Positions 18,388 through 26,860 of a stretch of DNA of 64,000 bases are shown piece after piece. The position numbers and the translations under genes were made by a program. The number at the start of each line of letters is the position of its first letter. Position 1 is the stretch's first letter. This DNA comes from a virus: positions 51,051-115,050 of the IMG/VR virus record IMGVR_UViG_3300009128_000003. One strand, given 5' to 3'. Below the pieces are notes generated by a model. The model saw only the letters and a list, made by a program, of their open reading frames with translations. It had not been told where the DNA came from and did no database searches.

Positions 18388-19971
18388 TCACTTAATAATC
18401 CATTTATACTGATCGTATAATTCTTTTGCTTCACCCATTTTATCAAAAATATTATCTTTTTTGTAGCCTTGTTGTCCGTTAATTTGAGTGTTCATAGAAG
18501 TCTTCGAAGTAACAATGGCATTCACAAAAGCTTTTTGATAGTTTAGGTCTCGTGCGTTTGATTGCAATGCTGTGTCCCTCACCCAGCAAGCAATCGCTAG
18601 CGCCATGATGAGATCATCATGATATCCTTTCATTGCCTGTGGTTTACCGTTCTTCCAAATAAAAGTTTTCATCTCATTAATTGTGCGAGATGAATATATC
18701 TTAATTAGTTTGTTTCTGATAAACTCCTCTAATTTCGCAACGATGAGCGGGCGCGTCTTCATTGAGGTTGTGAACCCGGCAACGGCAGAGTTTCTAACTT
18801 CTGCTTGATGTTGCTCTATATACTCATGTGTAGACTTAATAGAGTAGTACAAATTTGGATAACCGTGTTCAACGAGTTTATCGAGAACCGTGTAACCGAT
18901 GTTATTGTTCTCTACTACAAGCATCGCATTTCCAAATTCTCTCCCTACTTGATTCAAGAAGTTTGCATACATATCGGGCGTTGGCTTCCCTTGATACTCG
19001 CCCACGATTTCCAGCGTCTCTAATTTAATCATGTGTAATGTTGAATAGTCAGCGCCATCGCCTCGCGAAACATCTGCCACCGCAAGATAGTTACATGTGG
19101 GATCGAATTCTTCCCAAATCCAGAAATTGCGATCAAAGCCGGTTCTGTGCTTTGGCTCTTTAACATTTTCTAATAGCCACTTCATACAGTCAGGGTCTAT
19201 GACAGTCTCGCCAGAAGTATTGAAATTGCACTCAAGCTCTTGTGCAATCTGGCGTTTTGACATGTTCTTGGTTTCTTTCTTATACCAAGCTTCATCACGC
19301 TCGGGGTGAACGTCCCACTGGAGTGTTGTAAGGTTAAAGTTATTGCTGCCGCCTTCAGCATCCATACATGTTTTATGGAACCAGTTACCGACCCCGTTGG
19401 GCGTTGAAAGTGCTATGCATCGCCCACCAGTTGATAGTGTAGGATACAGACCGGTCCACAGTTCTTCAAGTCCTTCAATGTGTGCAGCCTCATCAAGAAC
19501 CAGCAAAGACAGTGCCTCAGAACGACCGGCATCACCAGAGGTAGACGCTGCTTTGATAGATGACCCATTAGAAAGCTCAAAGGAAGTCCGGTTATCCACG
19601 TCAATTGTGGCGATCTTAAGCCAATCTGGCAAGTTGCGCATAACGCCCTTGACCTTCTTTACTAAGTTGCCCGCTGTTGCAAATTTGGTCGCCATAACAA
19701 GAATTGATTTGTCACGGTGAAACAACATCAACCAAACAATATAGCCAGCAGTGATTGTTGAAATCCCTAACTGGCGCGCCTTTAAAATAACATTAAAGCG
19801 ATAATCATTAAAATCTTTAAGAAGGTCGTCTTGGAAATCATAAGTATCAAATAAAATAAGCCCATACATGGGATGGGAAATTCTTGCGTAAGTCTTTAAA
19901 AAATAAGCGGGTTCCTTCCCGCATTTAAGTATTTCTTTAACTTGTTGTTTTTTGTCTAATTGGAACGTCAT
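18388..19971 (-). CDS. gp17: Terminase large subunit, T4 gp17-like
   Basis: Walker A KARQLGIST, Walker B LVLDEAAH, STPNG coupling motif, nuclease residues ADVSRG.G.D and HDDL. Confidence 0.95.
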   Translation of the reverse strand: MTFQLDKKQQVKEILKCGKEPAYFLKTYARISHPMYGLILFDTYDFQDDLLKDFNDYRFNVILKARQLGISTITAGYIVWLMLFHRDKSILVMATKFATAGNLVKKVKGVMRNLPDWLKIATIDVDNRTSFELSNGSSIKAASTSGDAGRSEALSLLVLDEAAHIEGLEELWTGLYPTLSTGGRCIALSTPNGVGNWFHKTCMDAEGGSNNFNLTTLQWDVHPERDEAWYKKETKNMSKRQIAQELECNFNTSGETVIDPDCMKWLLENVKEPKHRTGFDRNFWIWEEFDPTCNYLAVADVSRGDGADYSTLHMIKLETLEIVGEYQGKPTPDMYANFLNQVGREFGNAMLVVENNNIGYTVLDKLVEHGYPNLYYSIKSTHEYIEQHQAEVRNSAVAGFTTSMKTRPLIVAKLEEFIRNKLIKIYSSRTINEMKTFIWKNGKPQAMKGYHDDLIMALAIACWVRDTALQSNARDLNYQKAFVNAIVTSKTSMNTQINGQQGYKKDNIFDKMGEAKELYDQYKWIIK

Positions 19972-20225
19972 ACATCTTTCAATGCTGCTATAACTTCTTC
20001 GCGATTTGCAAGATCCCCTTCTCCGTCCAGAACAATCATTTCTTCCATTCCATCTACATGCATCATGTCGACAAGCTCAGCATCGGACATATCTTCGATT
20101 CCGTGGGGATCGAGGACATCATATGTCTCGTCTTCACCGCCCATATCATGATAATGACCCTCGCGCAAAACACTTGAGATCTCTTCTTTGATGATCTGCT
20201 TAAGGTATAATTTGGAGAATTTCAT
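19968..20225 (-). CDS. Small acidic protein with K-type leader
   Basis: MKFSKLYLKQIIKEEISSVLREG. Confidence 0.7.
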   Translation of the reverse strand: MKFSKLYLKQIIKEEISSVLREGHYHDMGGEDETYDVLDPHGIEDMSDAELVDMMHVDGMEEMIVLDGEGDLANREEVIAALKDV

Positions 20226-20228
20226 TGT

Positions 20229-20780
20229 CTATTCTTTCTTTCTTTTATCGTTGTCGGGGCGCTTGCCGCCTTCGCCATTCCAGCCACCAAGATCCAAAAA
20301 CTTTTTCCAGCTAGCCTCTACGGGATTGGTGGAGCCGCTGTTGTCGACGTTCATTTGCTCGGATAGACCACCAACGCGAAAGTGGAGCTTAGCCACAACC
20401 CATGAACGAACACGGGAAGAGTTCTCAACGCGCACATCAGCTTCGCCCTCTTTGGTCAGCTTGACTGATTCGCCAGTGATTCTCTTATACTCTTTCTTGA
20501 GCCATCCAGAAATATCAACAAGTCTTTGCTCAATCTCTTCTTCAAATCCGCCGGCATAAACCTCTCTGAGTTGAATATCGGACTGATATGTGAGACACAT
20601 CATGTCTCCGTAAAACTTCACGTTGAAGCCGTCCATGACCCTCTGATCGATAAGGGCGTTGCCCTCTTCTCTGCGCAGGGCGCCTACGGTTACTGGCGAC
20701 TGATCTTCTCCAAGCGCACCGTCATATGCGTTTGCTGCGGCTTGTGATAAGCCTTGAACTATTTCGTAAACTGTTGCCAT
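20229..20780 (-). CDS. Hypothetical protein upstream of terminase
   Basis: 183-aa ORF with SD, abutting neighbours. Confidence 0.65.
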   Translation of the reverse strand: MATVYEIVQGLSQAAANAYDGALGEDQSPVTVGALRREEGNALIDQRVMDGFNVKFYGDMMCLTYQSDIQLREVYAGGFEEEIEQRLVDISGWLKKEYKRITGESVKLTKEGEADVRVENSSRVRSWVVAKLHFRVGGLSEQMNVDNSGSTNPVEASWKKFLDLGGWNGEGGKRPDNDKRKKE

Positions 20781-21085
20781 TATTGGGGTTCTCCTTGTGG
20801 TGCTGCGGCGGCAGCTCTTTGGTCTTTCTGAACAGCGGTCTTCACTTGTGTTAGTAGCGATGGATCGATGTCAAGCGTCTGCATCAAGCCTTTTAAAAAT
20901 TCTACTTGGGCGCTGCGGCTAACCTTCGATAGGCGCACACCCACCTGCTCGATAAACTTCTGCACTGCTTGGTTCTTGACGGTCGTCTTTGCAGAGCCGC
21001 CGAGGTCCGAGACGGCAGTTCCGATGTCGGACTCAGCAATTGCTTCTCTAATAATTTGTTTAAGTTGTGATTTATTGATTCTCAT
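20780..21085 (-). CDS. Small protein with K-type leader
   Basis: MRINKSQLKQIIREAIAES. Confidence 0.7.
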   Translation of the reverse strand: MRINKSQLKQIIREAIAESDIGTAVSDLGGSAKTTVKNQAVQKFIEQVGVRLSKVSRSAQVEFLKGLMQTLDIDPSLLTQVKTAVQKDQRAAAAAPQGEPQ

Positions 21086-21458
21086 TTGGTCTCCAGCCTT
21101 TTTTCCATCTTTCTTCTCTATCTTCTACATATTCAATGTAACAATTATTGCAACAATCAAATTTTACAAGACAGACATCATCCATTGCACTCTTTGGAAA
21201 ATTTCCGCAGACAGGACAAGTTTTTAAAGATTCTCTATTAAGTAGTTTTTTTGTAACCTTTATCCCATTAACGTCGACTTTTTCTTCCCACTCTTTATTC
21301 TTAGAAGCGTGGCGATAGAGTTCTTTCATTTGCTGAAGATATTCTTTTTCTTTGGTCTCGTCCCAATCGGACCGAGGATTTTTAATGGCTTCTTCACCAT
21401 ATTTCGCAGCGATTGCGCGCTCAATGGCAGCTACCTCATTTAAATCTTTCTCACTCAT
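21072..21458 (-). CDS. Hypothetical zinc-finger protein
   Basis: CPVC...CCNNC; start moved to MSEKD. Confidence 0.65.
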   Translation of the reverse strand: MSEKDLNEVAAIERAIAAKYGEEAIKNPRSDWDETKEKEYLQQMKELYRHASKNKEWEEKVDVNGIKVTKKLLNRESLKTCPVCGNFPKSAMDDVCLVKFDCCNNCYIEYVEDREERWKKGWRPNENQ

Positions 21459-21882
21459 TAAACACCTTATATGCACCGTAGCTTAGTGCTATTCCAGATG
21501 CTACCCCAATTGTCACCCAAAGTGCAGGATTTTTTTTACTTTGTTTTTTAAGAGCATTTGCTAGCGCACCACTCTCGCGTTCTAGCGAATCAATTCGTAA
21601 AACATATTCTTGCAAAAGGGCTTCGTGGCGAATCTGTAAGTTTTGTAATTGTAGATCATAGTCTGCTGCTTGTATATCCAGTTGATATTTCATCCTTATC
21701 TCGCAATCGTTATTTAAGGCAAACCGATCCGCAAGGATGTGAGCGGTTGCTTTTGGGTCGAACAGGACACCCTCGTATGGCGCGCATTGATTTTTCCCCA
21801 AAAAGGTAAACCTTCCGTTGTCGGCGCCGAGTGCCGGATTACTCAGCAGTGCGCTCAAAGCCATAAGTATTAACAATCTCAT
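21451..21882 (-). CDS. Envelope coiled-coil protein, possible lysis accessory
   Basis: N-terminal signal peptide, coiled coil, C-terminal transmembrane helix. Confidence 0.5.
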   Translation of the reverse strand: MRLLILMALSALLSNPALGADNGRFTFLGKNQCAPYEGVLFDPKATAHILADRFALNNDCEIRMKYQLDIQAADYDLQLQNLQIRHEALLQEYVLRIDSLERESGALANALKKQSKKNPALWVTIGVASGIALSYGAYKVFNE

Positions 21883-22225
21883 TGGCTAAATCCTCCGGGT
21901 TCGATGAATAGCTTTTCTCTAAACGATCTCTTTTCTGTTTTTTTAATCTTTCGACTTCTTCTTGAGATTCTAAATAGCCTCTTTCGATTTCTTCAAGAGT
22001 TGTACGGTAGCTCCTCAATGCCGCGTCTCGCTTCTTAAGTTCTTCCTCGTGAATCTTTTGTAAACCCTCTACTTGTTCTTGGAGGCTTTGTTGCGAAATC
22101 TCATACGCTTTATTAAGCGCACGATAATCAAGCTGTGTCTTAATTACAACTGCAAGGAGGGAGCCAACGACCAGCAGTTCTCGCCAGTACTTTAAACCAA
22201 ATTTAATTACTGCCGACCAATTCAC
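21839..22225 (-). CDS. Membrane-anchored coiled-coil protein, i-spanin-like topology
   Basis: N-terminal hydrophobic helix followed by a long coiled coil; directly after the holin-like gene. Confidence 0.5.
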   Translation of the reverse strand: MNWSAVIKFGLKYWRELLVVGSLLAVVIKTQLDYRALNKAYEISQQSLQEQVEGLQKIHEEELKKRDAALRSYRTTLEEIERGYLESQEEVERLKKQKRDRLEKSYSSNPEDLANEIVNTYGFERTAE

Positions 22226-22419
22226 GCGACACCCTTAAGTTTAGCGATACCATCGATGACAGTTTGACCCCCAATGTAAATTGCTGAAATAATTACCCAG
22301 TCGCCCGACTGTAAGTCTGAAAATGCGAGGAGTCCTGTTGCGGTTAGCCATACAAGAAACTTCCGAGAAATCATTTTCTCGACTAATCTGTCTAGTTTGC
22401 CTTGTACATATTCCATCAT
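22222..22419 (-). CDS. Putative holin
   Basis: 65 aa, SRKF motif then two transmembrane helices. Confidence 0.6.
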   Translation of the reverse strand: MMEYVQGKLDRLVEKMISRKFLVWLTATGLLAFSDLQSGDWVIISAIYIGGQTVIDGIAKLKGVA

Positions 22420-22462
22420 CTTGTCTCCAATTATTAGCTTAAACTAAGCCTTCCTCTTCCGG

Positions 22463-23320
22463 TCATGCGTCTTCTTCCACTTTGGATGTACACATCTCTT
22501 CTGCCTCTGCTGCGGATAAGCTGTCTGCTCTTTCATCGGCGGGCTTGTCTTTTTGTGCGCAAGCCCAGCGGCGTTGCTTCTCGGAAGACACCTCTTCTAA
22601 GCCGTAATCTTGTTCAATATTTTCGCTAGCTGCGTCCATGAGTTGTGCCACCATATCGGCTAGTTGTTGTAATTCCTCTGGGTCTCCGGTGTCTAAGGCA
22701 GCTATTAATTTCATCAACTCTGTTCTTGTTGGTTCTGAGCGCTGGGCGATCCCTGCGCGAGAGAGAGTGCGAGCTACTGGAGCCATTCTGCCCGTACCTA
22801 GCGCCTCTGCGATCTCTTGTTCGATGATCTCGGCTAATTCCGCCGGCGGTTGAATCTTCTTCTTGCGGGCGGCTCTGCCAAACGCTGCCTGTCCATACCC
22901 AAGAGAGAGAGGATCTTCGCCGGTAACAGAAGCGGCTAAGTAATCAACACTAACATCTAAGTTATCAATCTTGTCTGCTAATTTATTGATCGCGCTTAAA
23001 AGGGCGGAATCGGTACTCATTTCTTCTTTGATTACTTTTATCAAGCTCTCTTCGAAGCCGATGCGCTCTGGTGCTCTATTGGATACTTCTTCAGGTTCCC
23101 TATCAAAGCCAATTTGTTGGGTCGCTTCCGGCTCTTCACTTGTTTCGGGTGGCGGACTGCCTCCCTCCATCTCCTTGAAGACAGTGGTGAAAACAACACC
23201 CACCAACTCCGGATCCATGCCGTCGACGAGACTGCTGATTCCGCCGATTAAATTCTCAATCGGAAGCGAGTCGATATTCTCTCGTATAATTTCTTTGAGT
23301 TGTGATTTTGTGATTTTCAT
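22463..23320 (-). CDS. Modular acidic protein with K-type leader
   Basis: Start moved to MKITKSQLKEIIRENI; internal LIKVIKEE and LAEIIEQE repeats; terminal SSEKQRRWACAQ module. Confidence 0.7.
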   Translation of the reverse strand: MKITKSQLKEIIRENIDSLPIENLIGGISSLVDGMDPELVGVVFTTVFKEMEGGSPPPETSEEPEATQQIGFDREPEEVSNRAPERIGFEESLIKVIKEEMSTDSALLSAINKLADKIDNLDVSVDYLAASVTGEDPLSLGYGQAAFGRAARKKKIQPPAELAEIIEQEIAEALGTGRMAPVARTLSRAGIAQRSEPTRTELMKLIAALDTGDPEELQQLADMVAQLMDAASENIEQDYGLEEVSSEKQRRWACAQKDKPADERADSLSAAEAEEMCTSKVEEDA

Positions 23321-23324
23321 GTTG

Positions 23325-23648
23325 TTAACCCATACCTTGCTTTTCAAATTTTGCAATCCAACGAAGGGCGTGACGTAGCTTATCTGATGGTTTGTTGCCG
23401 GGGAGGTCCGAATCCAGCAAGAAACTATGCAATTCGTAATAGGCATCGTAAGAAGCTTCTTGTTCTTCATCGGAGAGTGGTTCAATATCAATGGAGCCGC
23501 CAGTAAATCTTTCTTCTTCGGGCGGTGTGTGGACCGGGCGTTCCCATGCAGGAAGGCGCGCCTCCTCAATCTCTTCTTTAATAATATCAGTCTTCTCGTC
23601 CATAAAGTAACGAGGATCAATGAACTTCTTGTTTTTTCTAAATGCCAT
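23325..23648 (-). CDS. Small protein with IDPRYF-type leader
   Basis: MAFRKNKKFIDPRYFMDEKTDIIKEE; motif shared with 31452..31964. Confidence 0.7.
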   Translation of the reverse strand: MAFRKNKKFIDPRYFMDEKTDIIKEEIEEARLPAWERPVHTPPEEERFTGGSIDIEPLSDEEQEASYDAYYELHSFLLDSDLPGNKPSDKLRHALRWIAKFEKQGMG

Positions 23649-23670
23649 TATATTATTCCTTTTATATTTA

Positions 23671-24135
23671 TTATCGGCTTGCTAAATCTTGTTCAGCACT
23701 ATCCATTTCATCCTTGTGGCGCTCAAGCCAACGCTCAGCTTCTTCATCAGAAAGATCATGAGTTAAACTCTTTAGCGCTTCCTTAGCACTTAGTCCTGTT
23801 TTCATCATCTTTTTAACGACGTGAGAGGCTGAATGTGGTTCAGCTGCTTCATTCATTTCTTGTCGGCTTGCTAACTCTTTGTACATCTCTTCTGTGTCGT
23901 TATACATTGACAATTTGCCGTCTTGGTGCTTTACTATAATAGAAGGCTTTCCATCGCTAGCAATCTCAACGAAGGCTTCGACATTAAACTTGTCAGCCAA
24001 GTCTTGTACCTCTTCGTCCCTAATTTCTTCGGGGCTCATGTAATCTTCGCCAGTATCAATATCGGCAACAGCACGACCGGGTTCGTATGCTGCTTCGTTT
24101 GTGTACTTTCGCCAATTTTCAAATAGTTTGTTCAT
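23671..24135 (-). CDS. Acidic protein with W-type leader
   Basis: Start moved to MNKLFENWRKYTNE (ATGA overlap with the tubulin stop). Confidence 0.7.
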   Translation of the reverse strand: MNKLFENWRKYTNEAAYEPGRAVADIDTGEDYMSPEEIRDEEVQDLADKFNVEAFVEIASDGKPSIIVKHQDGKLSMYNDTEEMYKELASRQEMNEAAEPHSASHVVKKMMKTGLSAKEALKSLTHDLSDEEAERWLERHKDEMDSAEQDLASR

Positions 24136-25280
24136 GTTGCTAATCCATTCATACTTAGTATCGCAATCAATCCGGGCACATTCTTGCGCACGTAAACGCC
24201 AGAGAAAAGTGTCTCGCACCGACCGCCGACATAAGCGATTGCAGACTCAATGTTTTTACTGACCTTTGGGTCAGCCACCATCTCTTCCGAGACCACCAAC
24301 ACTAACGAACCGGCGCCTGCCTTCCCCTTGGGGGGCGGACACGCAGAACGATTCATACAGTTATGAAGGATCACCGATCCAAGCTTTGCTGTATTTGGAT
24401 CTTTTATCATTGTTGAGCCCATAAAGGCTCTGCCATTATTGCTCAAGCAAGTTTCCAAATCTTTAGAATCGAAAGATTGGATCGGTGAATCCTCGGTGGA
24501 GAGTTTTAAAACTTGAGCAAGTGACTTAGCAAATGTTGTGTTAGCGACAGGATACATGCCAAGCATGCCGATTCTGCCGCGGAGTAATCGTGTGGCACGT
24601 TCGTTGTCGAGAACGATGTGCGGATGGCGGGCAACGTCATTCACGAGCGTAAGCGCGTTGCGAGCGATAGTCGGGTTCAGTGCCTCTTGCGCGGTTGGCC
24701 AAGAAACAATATAGACCACTTTTCCAGAAGCCTGAACTGATTGCATATATCTTTCGAAGACTGGCTGCAGCGCGGTTACCGAACTGCCGGTTCCGCCGCC
24801 TCCACCAGCCATAACGAAAAGCCAATCGACTTTTCCAAGCTTAATACGAAGTGCATCTTCAACGATGGCGCCATTTTGGGAAAGAATCTCTTTGCCGTAA
24901 ACGACGTTCTTTCCGATGCCGTCGCTATCGGGGATAAGAACGACGTGATCTTCTTCGACGTTCTTCGGAATGTCTTTCCCTGTGGAGTTTACCATCAGTG
25001 TTTTGTTGAATCCAAGTTCAATGAAGGCGTTCGCCATTTTGTTGCCTCCGCCGCCAACGCCAACAAAGCCCACATTAATCGAAGAAGGGGCAGTGTTTTC
25101 TGGGAGGAGATCTTCATCAGAATATTCCATCTGGAGACCGAAGTCCTCAACCATGCCGAAATCCTCTGCTGCGACTTCTTCGTGATAGTGGTCTTTCTCC
25201 TGATTAAAGGAGGGTGGTGGCTCTGCGGGAGGCAGAAAATCAAATTCGTTTTTGTCATCTTTATTTTCGTTATCAGACAT
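24132..25280 (-). CDS. Tubulin/FtsZ-family GTPase (PhuZ/TubZ-like)
   Basis: VGVGGGGNK, DGIGKN, signature loop GGGGGTGS, LDN, and T7-like FDSKD; ~65-aa acidic N-terminal extension. Confidence 0.88.
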   Translation of the reverse strand: MSDNENKDDKNEFDFLPPAEPPPSFNQEKDHYHEEVAAEDFGMVEDFGLQMEYSDEDLLPENTAPSSINVGFVGVGGGGNKMANAFIELGFNKTLMVNSTGKDIPKNVEEDHVVLIPDSDGIGKNVVYGKEILSQNGAIVEDALRIKLGKVDWLFVMAGGGGGTGSSVTALQPVFERYMQSVQASGKVVYIVSWPTAQEALNPTIARNALTLVNDVARHPHIVLDNERATRLLRGRIGMLGMYPVANTTFAKSLAQVLKLSTEDSPIQSFDSKDLETCLSNNGRAFMGSTMIKDPNTAKLGSVILHNCMNRSACPPPKGKAGAGSLVLVVSEEMVADPKVSKNIESAIAYVGGRCETLFSGVYVRKNVPGLIAILSMNGLAT

Positions 25281-25295
25281 TGTTTATTCCTTATT

Positions 25296-26321
25296 TTACT
25301 GGTTTTCGTCTTCGGGATTGGGACCCTTTTGCTGGCGACCAAGTGCGTTCCCTACCGTAACCAAAAGAGGGATGACTGCATCGGCTGGCGCCTTAACAAT
25401 ATGAACGCCGGTATGCTGAAGTGCACCACCGGTACCGATAAGGGCGCCTGACCAACGATGGTGACCGTCGAGAATCTTTCCATCACTAGTGACAAAGGCT
25501 CCGCCCATATCTTTGAGTTGTTTTGCTGGATTGTTGTATGCAAATAATAGTGACTTAGCTGCCAAAATATTACTTTGCGTTGGAATCATTTTTGAGTTTG
25601 TGGCGCCGGCGTCTTTTTCAACGGCTACAGCGTCACCCGGCGCGCCGTCGAGCATCCCTTTGGTTAAGAACGCCAATGCGGCGCCCTTAATATTTTTAAG
25701 ATTGATTTGTTCTTTTTCTCCAACAGCGGGGGCGCCGGGCATTGGACCTTTTCCAAATCGTGGAAACTTGTCTTCACTGACGTTTTGTTGGGGGGTCTGT
25801 TGGGTTGCTTGCTGTACTTGTTCTACAGATGGGATCTTCCCTGCTTCGTACATCTGTTTAATCGGCTCGGGTAGTGCCTCCCACCACTCTTTAAAGCTTT
25901 CGATTTGGTTCGCAAATTTCGAACTTAGATCAACTCCCAAGGCGCCATCTTGATCGCTTAGTGCATCTACTACTGCATCGGCGTCTCCGCCCTCCAGAGC
26001 AGGCATATTAAATTTAGCTGTTTTTGCTGTAGAGATCAGTTTTTGAACTTGTTGAACTCTCGCTATGAAGGCTTCTTGTCCAATCTGCCCAAACCTTTGT
26101 TTAACTTGTTCTGGGGTGCCCAAGACGCCGCTTGCCCAGCCAGTGGCATTTTTCATCGCATTATAGAGCGGACTCTCCTGTCCGGACACAAGCTGCCTCC
26201 AGAGTTCATCAGCCTTGACGGCTCCAATATTAGTATCGGGAGTTATTTGGGCAAATCCTTGTTGTGCGGCTTCTTCTTGTTCATTAACAAATTTACGCCA
26301 GTTTTCCATTAAAAGTTTCAC
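25296..26321 (-). CDS. ParB/Sulfiredoxin-like domain protein with W-type leader
   Basis: C-terminal IPTQ...ILDGHHRW; N-terminal MKLLMENWRKFVNE; GTG start. Confidence 0.7.
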   Translation of the reverse strand: MKLLMENWRKFVNEQEEAAQQGFAQITPDTNIGAVKADELWRQLVSGQESPLYNAMKNATGWASGVLGTPEQVKQRFGQIGQEAFIARVQQVQKLISTAKTAKFNMPALEGGDADAVVDALSDQDGALGVDLSSKFANQIESFKEWWEALPEPIKQMYEAGKIPSVEQVQQATQQTPQQNVSEDKFPRFGKGPMPGAPAVGEKEQINLKNIKGAALAFLTKGMLDGAPGDAVAVEKDAGATNSKMIPTQSNILAAKSLLFAYNNPAKQLKDMGGAFVTSDGKILDGHHRWSGALIGTGGALQHTGVHIVKAPADAVIPLLVTVGNALGRQQKGPNPEDENQ

Positions 26322-26848
26322 TGTTTTTTATCTCCTTGAATCTCTTGTAGCACTTCTCTAATAATGTCCTTAATCTTCTCTATGGATTCGCCGTAAGCAA
26401 GGTTAGATGAACCAACAGCGCTGGATGCGCGATGGGCAGGGGATTTATCACGTCGATACGACGACGACGATGACGACGATCTTCCAGAGCCGCGCTTCTT
26501 CCTGGCTTGCTCAATATCCCATTGAGCCTGTCGATGTTGTTCGGAGTCAGCTACATGCTTGGTTCTCCATTTTAAGAAGTCCTGGTAAGCCTCATATGAA
26601 CTCGTATCGTCGAAGTTCTGTCCTCGGGCATCTTCCCACTTGAATTGACCGGCGGCGCCTCCACTACGAAATTCTTCATAGTCTTCGCGCTCATCTTCTG
26701 GGACATTTGCCATTGGATCGGCTGCTGGGGCTGCTTTCTTGCCGCCAAGACCGAGGGCGCCCTTGATAGAGTCCACAAAACCCTCATCGACGGTGTTTTC
26801 TATTTCTTCTCTGATTACGCTTCGAAGCTGCGATTTGGTAATTTTCAT
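26318..26848 (-). CDS. Protein with K-type leader
   Basis: MKITKSQLRSVIREEI; C-terminal IKDIIREVLQE. Confidence 0.7.
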   Translation of the reverse strand: MKITKSQLRSVIREEIENTVDEGFVDSIKGALGLGGKKAAPAADPMANVPEDEREDYEEFRSGGAAGQFKWEDARGQNFDDTSSYEAYQDFLKWRTKHVADSEQHRQAQWDIEQARKKRGSGRSSSSSSSYRRDKSPAHRASSAVGSSNLAYGESIEKIKDIIREVLQEIQGDKKQ

Positions 26849-26860
26849 GCTGTTGACTCC

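Noticed and set aside
18388-19971. Possible intein or intron in terminase, primase or portal
   Set aside because: Lengths and motif spacing are normal; no splicing or homing-endonuclease motifs seen
23321-23620. N-terminal extension of the 385-aa ORF, and similar extensions at 24136-24219, 31300-31362 and 13689-13709
   Set aside because: They overlap other real genes; the internal starts carry the shared leaders, SD sites or ATGA coupling
24132-25280. Calling this a nucleus-forming phiKZ-like phage because of the tubulin
   Set aside because: Head genes are T4-like, and no chimallin or multisubunit RNA polymerase is recognisable in the window
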